DNA from: Massalongia carnosa
Lineage: Eukaryota
Length of the DNA stretch: 64,000 bases
Direction of reading: 5' to 3'
Assembly (NCBI GenBank): GCA_965645245.1
Contig: OZ287088.1
Coordinates: 930,001-994,000, forward strand
The notes beneath the pieces are model-generated. The model was not told the origin of the DNA and did no database searches. It was given only the letters and a program-made list of their open reading frames with translations. Below are positions 47,459 to 58,101 of this stretch, piece after piece (the stretch's first letter is position 1; the number at the start of each line of letters is the position of its first letter). Both the position numbers and the translations under genes were made by a program.

Positions 47459-50400
47459 TGTCACCGTGACGGGCGGCACCCAGGCGTGTGAGCTTGGATA
47501 GAGCCGGACGCTAGCAGGGAGGTGAAAACTCTTTCACCTCTTCCACCTCCTCTTCCACCTCTTTCTTTCTCCTCATCAAAACTCATCATAGATCGTGTTT
47601 CGCTGTTTCTTCATATCCCCATCTCAAAGCAGACCTATTATCTACATCCAATTCACATCATGAACACACGCAGTCAAATCGGGCGAGAAAATCGCCAGAC
47701 GAATCGTCCTCGCGGCGCGCCCGCCAATCGTGGTCGAGGCAGAGGCGCACGCAGCCGAACAAGCCTAGTCACATCCCAACCAGACTCCAGAGAAGCCACA
47801 ATTGAAAATGATTCACGCCACCCCTCCCCTGAGGTGACCCCGCCACCAGACCGTCGAAGCCGAAAGACCACGAGCCGAAGCAAAAACCAGGGAAATTGAA
47901 CAAGAGGAGGCGGAACTCGAACGCGAAATAAAACACCTCAGAGACGAGGTGGCGGCGTCCTGCACAGAAGCCGCACAACCCACGAATCCTCTAACACTAC
48001 CAGCGAGACCGAGCGCGTTCGCGACATTTCATGCTGAGGGTGCGTCTCCTATATTTCATTCTCTGATAGCGAGATTCCCAATGGTGGACACGGAACACTT
48101 CAAAAACATCCGCGACAACAAGTTCAAGGTCGAAAACATTATGAAGCTGTCAACCGAATACGAGTCAGTTCAGCCCAAAAACAAATACTTAAGAATTGGA
48201 TCAACCGAGGTGGAATACCGGGAAGAGGACGCTCTTGCCTCGGACGCAAGAGGAATCACACATCTTCTTCGCGCGTTCCTTATATACTGTCAAATCGTCA
48301 TTCACATTACTCACGCGGGCACACAAATGGAACTGCAGGCGGCAATGCACGTCTACATTGATCAATTACTAGGCTGGTCTCTTCTATACACATTCGAATC
48401 AATTCGTCAATTTCAATTCGGCTTTCACAAAGCTCGCCTTGTAGAGGGCGTAGATGATCCACGTGGTTGGCGGACCCTGAATAGAGGTTTAGAAGAACGA
48501 AACCTTCGTCGGAAAATCGAATACAACGCGGGTTCCAATCTTCGTCGAATACAAAGCACGAACTCCGTCGTTCAACGCACATCAAGTCAAGACGATCAAC
48601 GCGGCATAGCAGCGTGCAGACGGTACAATAGCGGTGGCGAATGCCCAACCAACTGCACTTTTCGTCGCATGTGCGCGTCATGCGGACGTCATCATCCTCA
48701 ACGCGATTGTCGTACGCGTGTAAATCCATACCCTCAACATCAAAGCAAGCCCACCTCATGACTATCCGTCCCAAGCGCCCTCTCGTCTATTTCCGAAGGT
48801 TTTCCATACCGGATAGACACCGACGGGTATGCGGACGAGGTACGGTGCCCGCTTAAGTCAGCGGGATGGAAACGACGATTAGAGAAACATCCAGATAGAG
48901 TCTACAAAAAGACGATTCTTAACATCATTCGATACGGGGCAAGAATTGGCTACACAGGACTAAAATAGCGTATCATAAGCCCGAGCTTATCCTCGGCCAA
49001 AGACCACCTGAAGTGTTATCCAAAGATTTAGACGAACAAATTCGACAGCACCGAGTGATACCCGTAGGGGAACCATCGTCTCACTTTATGTCCTCCCCGC
49101 TGGGCCTCGTCCCCAAGCCCAATGACAAATGACGAAGAATTCATCACTTGTCTCATCCACGCAAAGGCTCGGTTAATTATCACATTCCCGCTGAATGGGG
49201 CGCCCTAGAATACACGTCAATTGACGAAGCATTAGAAGCTCTTCTTGACGTCGGACGAGGAGCATATCTCGTGAAACGCAACCTCGCGGACGCCTTCCGG
49301 CACATTCCCGTCGCAAGAACGGGAATGCCCGCTGAGCAAGTGGTTTCTGAACGTTATACCACCAGGCTCAGAGCCAAACATATCAATGAGAAGGAGATGA
49401 CAGCAATTCTGCACGCCATACGGCTGTGGCTCCCCATGTGCAAGGGGGCTCATCTTCTTCTTTATTGCGACAGCTTTGCTGTAATGTTCGGGGTCAAAAA
49501 GACCTCCATTCGGGGCGGGGCCATGCATCCCCTCCGGAATATCGCCATGATGGCGGCAATATATGATATTGAGATTGAACCACACTGGCTGTCTACCAAA
49601 GAAAATTTCTTAGCAGATTGGTTGTCCCGAGGACTATTTGGAAAAATTGCTGACAATCACCCCAACCTGCAGGGCATTTCATCGAACAAATAACGGCGTC
49701 ACTCGCCCGCGACCCCCCAGAGACTTGGTATAACGAGGTTCCGCTGGATCGCCGAGTAGCCAGATATTTATGGTGGGGCACAGCAATTAGGACTCGAGGG
49801 CTATACGATGCAGCCCGGAAAAGCTACACGACTCACTGTCAATTGGCAACCAATTTCCCTTCCTTTCCAGCGACAATTCGAAGTCTTTCGGCATGGATAG
49901 CCGCCCTGGGTCAGCGAGGGCTCCACCCGAAAACTATCAAAAACTATTTAGCTGGAGTACGATCGAGCCAATTGGATATGGGCCTAGGGGACCTGGAGGT
50001 CTTTCACCATCCAGTCCTAGACAGAATAATAGCGGGAATAAAACGAATGCACGGAGAACCAGAAAGACGAGAAAGGCTACCAATCACACGCAACGTTTCG
50101 ATAAAATTGCTACGGAAACTGGACAATGCCAACGAGGTCTAGGCAACACTTCATGCAGCATACAGCATCCCATTTGCCGTCTTCTTAAGAGCGGGAGAAT
50201 TTACCTACAAACAAGGAGAAATGCAAGACTCCAGTTTCGATTCATGGCATTTAACTAGGAAATCGGTGGATCTACCAGCGGATCGAATAATTCTTTCCCT
50301 ACCGTGATCCAAGACGGACCCTTTTCGAAGGGGTAGAAAAATTTATATCGCAGCAACAAACGACGAAGCATGCTCGATCACCTCCATTAGGAACTTGTTT

Positions 50401-50879
50401 ACCCGATTCCCGAAACCAGCATCGTCCCCATTGTTCCAATTTTAGGACAAGGCCTTCACTCGTGCATATTTAGTGCAGGCCCTACGGAGTGACCTCCGGG
50501 CAATTGGCGTCCGAGGGAATTACTCGGGTCATTCGTTTCGACGGGGTGCAGCAACAACGGCCAAGAACTCGGGCTTGCTAGAGGAAGATATTCAGACCTT
50601 GGGCCGATGGAAATCAGACTCGTATCAATTGTACATTCAGACACACCCGGACCAATTAATAGCGACCTCCCTTCGTTTTCAACGACCCCCCGCCACGTTC
50701 CGAACAGCACCACCGTAGGTGGGCCATTCCCTGCTTGGGGTTGGGAGTTTTTCCCCTCACTGCTGCCAAAACAAATCCATTATAGGAGGGGCCCTCAGCA
50801 AAACTGAGCGCCAGCAGGGCAGCAGCGAGGGGAGAGTTGCCCAAACATAGATAGAAATTATGTATATGTTCAGCTGACA
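47459..50879 (+). mobile_element. Tyrosine-recombinase retrotransposon X (Ngaro/DIRS-like): gag 47660-48761, RT/RNase H with large internal deletion 48760-49693, YR ~49700-50718
   Basis: Gag Cys/His finger CRRYN..ECPTNCTFRRMCASCGRHHPQRDC; SSPLGLVPK; NLADAFRHIP; HINEKEM; YCDS; NFLADWLSR; YR box GHSFRRGAAT..LGRWKSDSYQLY; ends TGTCACCGTGAC...TTCAGCTGACA. Confidence 0.88.
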
Positions 50880-52071
50880 CGATGGAGCCCGCGACTTACC
50901 GCAAAATTATATGATCAAAGACGAATTACGTTCATTTCTGGGGTTTTATCATTTGCGGCCAAAGTGGTCAAACCAGGCAGAGCCTTTCTACGCCGCCTAT
51001 TTACTGCCGTCGGCGAAGACACGAGTCGGATCCGCATTGCCGGCGACATGCGATTAGATCTATTATGGTGGCAATACTTCTTGCCCCGATGGAATGGCGT
51101 TCAAATTTTGCGATCGCTGAACACTAGAGATGAGATAAGTTTATGGACAGACGCTTCGGGAACATGGGGAATGGGCGGGTACTATTCGGTGCACCGAACC
51201 CCACACTCCACCGAAGCGGGCACGCTTTCTCGTCGTTCAAACACACAAATATTAGACACAACCGAAACATAGCGTGCGTTTGCCGAGGTATCTCTCCCAA
51301 GACAGGGTGTTCTCGCGAGACCCCCTCATTGGATGCCTTCAAAGATGAAGAACTCAACCTCTTTCGAGACGTCTTCAGACAACGAGTTAAGGATACAAGA
51401 TGTCCGGGTCACGCAGTCTCAGGGGATAGTCGGGGTGATAGACGACGAGAATTCCAGCAAATTCCTAGTCACACCTGCCGGGACGTCCGCCATACGGACC
51501 TCGTCCGGGGACATCGCAATGCGAACCTTTAAATCCGGGACAACCGAGATAACCGAAGAAGGAAGTTAACAGCGAATTTCTAGAGGTGTCTGCCGAGGTG
51601 TCTTCGATGCGGACGGCTGTGATGACAAACGAAGAAAATTCTAAAGAACTTCTCGCTGCATCTGCTCGAGGTATCAAGGGTTCATCGGACCTCGTCCGGG
51701 AACATAACGCGTCACGCATGACACATCACGAAATAACCGGGATGATCGACGAAGGACATTCAAAGGAATCTCTAATCTCATCCGCCGAAGTATTCTCGAT
51801 AAGGACCTCATTTAGAGATATGAAAAAGCATATCAATGTCAAAGAAATGATGGCTGTACTACACGCATTGCGTAAATGGTTACCTATTTTCAAATGATCC
51901 AAACTCGTCATATATGGCGACAATCAAGCGGTCGTAAATGGACTACGGAACGGCTCCATACGTGGCCCGGCCATGAAACCTCTAGGAGATATCGCCATGC
52001 TATTAGCATTACATGACATCGTCATTGAATCACATTGGATCTCATCAAGAGAAAACACTCTAGCAGATATG
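50880..52071 (+). mobile_element. Second YR retrotransposon Y, RT-thumb/RNase H fragment with internal repeat expansion
   Basis: AKVVKPGRAFLRRLF; LWTDASGTWGMGGY; HINVKEMMAVLHAL; YGDNQAV; ENTLADM, then interrupted by an LTR at 52072. Confidence 0.8.
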
Positions 52072-55000
52072 TGTAGGTACCAAAAGGGGGATTCCAGAAG
52101 GGGATTCTAGGGGAATTCTAGAAGGGGACTAGCCAGATAAGGCTAGAATGGAATAGATCGGAAGGGCTAAAACAAGCGGGCACGTGCTTATCACGTGTTC
52201 GCCTACTATAGATAGTAGCCCTTCCCAGATAGAATCCATTCATCATCCACCAAACCAAGCACCAAGACGTAGTCATCGTATTACGCCAGGTGCAGGTAGG
52301 TGGACCCACACTGATCAGTTTTCGAATTCAGATCAGAAACCACCTTCGGAATCAACTTCTAGAAACCTTCTCTCACCTAGCCCTCAGATCAGAAACTTTT
52401 TCATCTAGTCGGCAAATCAGAAATCATCCAAAAATGTCGAAGCAACCAGACCCATCTCACGAGGAATCCAGTTTTCTTGAAGGAATCAGCACCATGAATC
52501 TCGATCCCACCGCGGCCATCGCCGACATGACACTCTTTCGTAAATACTCCACCAGCGCATTTAACGAGTACATCAAAGCCAACATGGAAGATTTTCGTCT
52601 TTGGGAAGCCATATACTACGACTTCCAGAATTGGGAGGAAAAACATTGGAAGGCACTGGACACCGTTACCTGGGCTCTCATCAAGGATTGTTGCCTACCC
52701 TGCGGAATTTAGATCGATAACTTTGGCAAGAAGGGAAGTAGAGCCAAAATCATGATAAAAGTCGTCCAAGATGACTACGATGGAGAATGGGACCTAGAGA
52801 GAATTTTGTACGTGGAGAAGAACTATCATCGTTTGTCAAGGTATATCCAGAGTCGTAAAAATCATCTGCTAGGTAGAACTAGTGATGCCTATGCATCTGC
52901 ACCTCCAAGTCCATCGATAGCACATGCAGGGGCACCGCCACTCCCACCTACCGAAAATCAACCCCTGGGTCAACCAATAGGGCAGCTTCATTTTTCCCCT
53001 GCTGCCCCGATACGGCAAAACCAACCTATGGCTCGACCAATCAGACAGCCTCGTTTACCATCTGCAACGGGAAATCCGATCTATCAAGATCGACCGACAC
53101 CCTACAACGTCTCTCGGCATCCCGAGCCTTCATACGCCCCGCAGCGGCAAATGCCGAAACCTTACGAGACTGCCTATTACGAGCCACCGGCACCTACATG
53201 AGCCCCAGGACCAACACCTGGACCAAGTCAATATTCCAATCCGACTCCTGGCCATCAGTCTCACTATTCCAGTCCGACCTCAGGAACTCAGTATTCCAAA
53301 GAATTGACTCAGTTAGACAAAATCTACAAGTCCGAAGACAAATTTAGCGGTACCGGAGACAATTTCTCTTTTAAACTAACCATCTACTATGACAAATGCA
53401 GACTGGTCGGATTGCCGCCAGAGGCCTACATTCAGGGAGCCTCGATCATGCTTTCTGGACAGGCTCAAAATCACTACTATGCAAATCGGGGGGATGCTGC
53501 CTCATTTGAAGAATTCTGTCGGAAGATGCAACTCTTTTTTGAAGGTCCCGAATGGCAACGTTTGAATTTGGCTAAATGGCAAACAGTCAGCCTAAACGAT
53601 ACAATTGCGGCAAACCCCACCTTGAATACTACCGAATGCCTCCGGAAGATGTGTACCGAGATCGACACTATTCAACGAGGCATCGATCCCGCATACCATG
53701 GACCAGTACACCTCCGAGAAAACATCATACGGGCCTGCCGCGGGCATCCCGCGCTCGCCGCCGGCCTCACCAATCCTGTCTCAGACACCTCCGGTCTGGT
53801 CAATAATCTATACGCATCAATTAGCAATTACGAGGCGGTGCACAAACCCACTTCAACGAGTGGATACGTGCAATCTTACAACGAGGGGGATGACGAGGCG
53901 GAGGCATACTTCACCGACCGACGGTACCGAGGACCCGGTCGAGGCAGAGATGGGTTCAAACCCTACCTCTCAGGCGGACCTACACCATCCCGACAGTTCG
54001 GAGTCCCGTCATCCCGAGGGTTCTCGCGTCGGAAGAAATGCTTCGTATGCGGAAAAGAAGGATGTTGGTCTAGTAATCATACTCAGCAAGAACGGGATGA
54101 TTCCAAAAAGCGATTCGCTAATCGCTTTCCTCAATACAAGAATCGTTCGGGATACGATCAGTATCTTCAGCAATACATCGCTCACTGTGAGGGCGATGAA
54201 GATGAAAATGATGTAGCCTACTTTTTCGACAATCTATCAATTGATGCTATCAATGACCCCATGCATGCGTCCGAGGCAGCGGAGAATGAGCTATTCCTCA
54301 CCTCTATTGGTCGAATCAAAATTCCCGAGTCCGAACAGACGACCAACTTACTAGCCGACAATTCTTTTAAACACCGAATTACATCGACAGATGAAACGAT
54401 CACTTCCATCGCTCCGATTCCCTACACGTTCAACACGTCATCCAATTCCCGATACGATGAATCAGAATTCAAGGGACTATTGATAGACTCGGGGCCGCCA
54501 CCAGATCCACGGGTGGCATCGGCCAGTTAAAAGCTCTGCAGAAAATTGACGACTCGATAAAATTTGACGTCAGCACTGCCGGGTCAGCCAGTTTTACATT
54601 TGGAATTGGAAGCACCGCATCTATAGGGACGGTACTATTGGAGACACCCATGGGACCAATTACATTCTACATAGTGAAAGTTAATACACCGTTCCTACTA
54701 TGTCTGGCAGACATGGACCGGTTGGGAGCATTTTTCAACAATACCATTAACCAAGTTGTCCAAATCGGGCCCGGCACCGGTCGTTCTCATCCAGTCATTT
54801 GGCGGTACGGTCACGCATTTCTTCTATGGCGTACATCTGCTTACTCGGTCATCACCGAGTCTCTCAGCCAGAATCCTTGCTTTCTGACCGAAATAGAATT
54901 ACGTCGCCTGCACCGCCGCTTCGGACATCCATCAGTACGCCGCCTACATCAGATTCTAGAACGATCCGGACATGAAGTGGAAATCCAGGCATTGCAGCAT

Positions 55001-56316
55001 TTGACCAGATATTGCGAGCATTGCCAAAAGTATGGAAAATCGCCTGGCCGATTCAACTTCAACATTAAGGAAGACGATATCAACTTCAATTTCAACGTCA
55101 TAGTGGACATTCTTTACATACAAGGCAAACCGGTTCTACATCTGGTCGATGAAGCTACTCGGTTTCAGGCGGGACGATGGTTAAAAGACATCTCTGCCCG
55201 GCATGTTTGGGACCAGCTGCGGACCTGCTGGATCGATACCTATCTCGGCCCACCAGATATCATCTCCTCCGATACAGGGAAGCAATTTACATCTCGGGAA
55301 TTTAAGCAATACGCGGCAAATATGGGAATTGTCATAAAGAATGTTCCAGTGGAAGCTCATCATTCCATTGGAATGGTTGAACGGTACCATGGACCACTAC
55401 ATCGGGTATACAATATAATCACTTCTGAAATTCCCGGGATCGACCCTGCGCTGGCCCTGCAGATGGCATTCAAGGCAATCAATGACTCGGTCGGTCCGAA
55501 TGGACTAGTGCCCACTCTATTGGTATTCGGAGCGTACCCAAGAATGGTGGAGTCAGATACCACTCCGACAATTACTCAACGCGCTGTAGCCATGCGGAAG
55601 GCAATGGATGAGGTCAGAAAAAGCATAGCATCCCGTCAGATCAACGATGCGCTTAATACTAGAAATGGACCATCTACGGATTCCATACATGGACTGTCAC
55701 TAAACTCCCCTGTCTTAGTATTCCGAGAGGGTAATGCGGGACAGACGGGGTCATGGAAGGGACCGTTCCGACTCATCTCCATGCAGGATGAGTCGATCAT
55801 CGTCGAATTGCCGAGTGGTCCGACCAAATTTAGAAGCACGTCAGTCAAACCATAATACCATCTAAATCCCGAGAATGAATTTCCCAATGCTGTCGAGAAT
55901 GAAATTCCAAATAACGCAGAATCGGACCCGACAAATCATGAACCACAGAATCCCGAGTCCGATCCAATCTCGGAACCAGTCTCGGCACCAGTCAAACGTG
56001 GCCGCGGGAGGCCCAGAAAGCATCCAGCCCAGGCTAACCTTTGTTTCGTCATGAAAGAAGACGAAAATCAATTTCCCATGAAAAAGGGAAACCAATTTAC
56101 CGCATCAAGGCAAAAAGAAATTTCCGGACTACTGGAAAAAGGAGTATTCAAACTCGTTCAATTCGAAGACATCCCGGCCGGTGCCCGAGTCTTCAATTCC
56201 CGATTTGTAGATGAGATAAAGAATGCCGGGACTGAAAAAGCATTCGAAAAATCGAGACTAGTGGTACAGGCCTACAACGATATCAATAAAAGCCTGGTAC
56301 TTACTCAATCACCGAC
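52072..56316 (+). mobile_element. 3'-truncated GalEa-type Copia; 5' LTR 52072-52310; gag-PR-IN-start of RT, disrupted
   Basis: TGTAGG..CCCACA followed by palindrome ACTGATCAGT; CFVCGKEGCWSSNH; LLIDSG; LRRLHRRFGHP; VDILYI; VERYH; FEKSRLVVQAYND..LTQSPT (integrase before RT). Confidence 0.85.
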
Positions 56317-56632
56317 ATCACATATATCTCGACGGATCCTTCTCACAAAAAGTCCACGCTTTACCCGAACTCTCTTCACATCTACACTGCAGCCGCATCA
56401 TCGCCAGACTTCGCACGCTCTAACCCTTTCCTCTGCGAGGAACACGGTTTTGGGGTTTTGGGAGTATGTCTTGACCCCAGGGTTCGCATCTACAGCGTCC
56501 ATGGACCTCGTAGCCTACCCGATTCGGCTCCGTACCCTGCGTGGACGGCGCACGAACGGTGTCATGCCACACCCTAGGGTCAGGACTTTGCCCAAACATT
56601 AGAATAGCAATATACACAAGGTGGCTGCGTTT
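56317..56632 (+). mobile_element. 3' end of YR retrotransposon Y
   Basis: Shares TTGGGGTT..GGGAGT and TTGCCCAAACAT..AG motifs and a stem-loop with the 3' end of element X; terminus CAAGGTGGCTGCGTTT is an imperfect inverted repeat of 47430-47444. Confidence 0.7.
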
Positions 56633-56830
56633 CACTAGATGGTTTTTCTTATCGTGAGTTTCTATGACCAACGCGAAGCCTTGGGTGAAGGCATAGTCTT
56701 GAAGACGAGTCTTTGCCTTCTTTCAAGACGAAAATAACTCATTCTCTTGCGGAGGGAGGAGGTGAGGTGAGGGTAGAATGGCAATGGCATGTTGCTTTCG
56801 TGCATTCAAAGAAGTGGGATCGAACTCCAT
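56633..56830 (-). pseudogene. MULE transposase N-terminus (upstream half)
   Basis: MEFDPTSLNARKQHAIAILPSPHLLPPQENELF..KTRLQDYAFTQGFALVIETHDKKNHLV (two frameshifts). Confidence 0.7.
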
Positions 56831-57221
56831 CGCGATGAGGAGTAGTTAAATATATAATATGAGGTATAGCATAAGTGGAAGTAGAGATTTAGAGAGGGCA
56901 AAGGGTTAGGACAAGGGCAAGGGCAAATGGTAAGTGAGGGTGAGGGTATGCTTTATTAGACCGAGTAGGATAATTATAAGTAGCAATAACAGGTCATACG
57001 ATTTAAACCGAAAAATGTTTAATGTGCTGTTCGTACGCATCAAGAAATGGTGCAAGATCTGGATTTAGCGGAGGAGGGTCTAGATGAAAACGCTCAAGAC
57101 GATGATTTTCTGGAGGATCTGCATATTGCGTTATAAGAAGAGATTAACTCACTTATTGTGAGCGTACGAATGATTTTTTCAGGGTTATAATTTGTTCTAG
57201 TTTTATTCAGACGTACTACTG

Positions 57222-58101
57222 TACGAGACAGTGCCATCTCAGACCTGAGATGTTTCGAATGAAAAAATCTAATTTACTACTACTTTTCACTTACTTACTA
57301 TTTGGCTTGCTATTTTTTCATGCGAATCTCAAAATATCTCTGATTTCTGCTCCGGACCTGCTCCGCTTCGCTCCGCAACGGCCCTGCGCCATCTCCTCCT
57401 TGACACCCGCCAAAGCATCTGTCAAAGCATCTGTCAAAGCATCTGTCAAAGCATCTGTCAAAGCTTCTGTCAAAGCATCTGTCAAAGCATCTGTCAAAGC
57501 TTCTGTCAAAGCATCTGTCAAAGCATCTGTCAAAGCTTCTGTCAAAGCATCTGTCAAAGCTTCTGTCAAAGCATCTTCTAAATAGTCCCCCAGATAGCCT
57601 CCGCTGATTTTTATAAGGCCCCACATCTAGCCCCTAAATAGCCTTTCAAATAGTCTCCGCTGCTTTTCAAATAGTCTCCCAGATAGCCTCTCAAAAGCCT
57701 CCCAAAAAGCCTTTCGAATAGCCTCCCAAATAGCCTTTCAATTATCTCCCGAGTATCTCTCAAATATCTCTCAAATAGCCTCCCAAATATTCCCCCAAAT
57801 AGCTACCAAATAGCCTCCCAAATAGTCTCCGTTGCTTTTCAGATAGCATCTCAAATAGCCTCCCAAATAGCCTTTCCAATGCCTTGTATAAAGCCTCCCA
57901 AATAGCCTCCCAGATAGTCTTCACCGCTTTTAAATAGTCTCCTAAATAGCCTCCCAAATAGCCTTCCAGATATTCCGCACTGCTCTCCAAATAACTGTTC
58001 AAATAGCCTCCCAGATAGCTATCAAATAATCTCCCAAATAGCCTCCCAGATAGCTATCAAATAATTTCCCAAATAGCCTCCCAAATAACTTTCCAATTAG
58101 C
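57222..58101. repeat. Unclassified element end with 12-mer arrays, copy 2; includes ~14 x CAAAGCWTCTGT (57411-57577)
   Basis: Colinear with 45759-46420; truncated by the LTR at 58102. Confidence 0.9.

Noticed and set aside
49700..50718. Tyrosine recombinase as a Starship captain or Crypton
   Set aside because: It directly follows gag/RT/RNase H and has the compact retroelement YR form; no DUF3435-like gene is seen in the window.
57250..58002. ASVK/DALT/CFDR and YLGG repeat ORFs; telomere interpretation of the arrays
   Set aside because: Products of 12-bp periodicity open in several frames; the arrays are internal and not TTAGGG-based.
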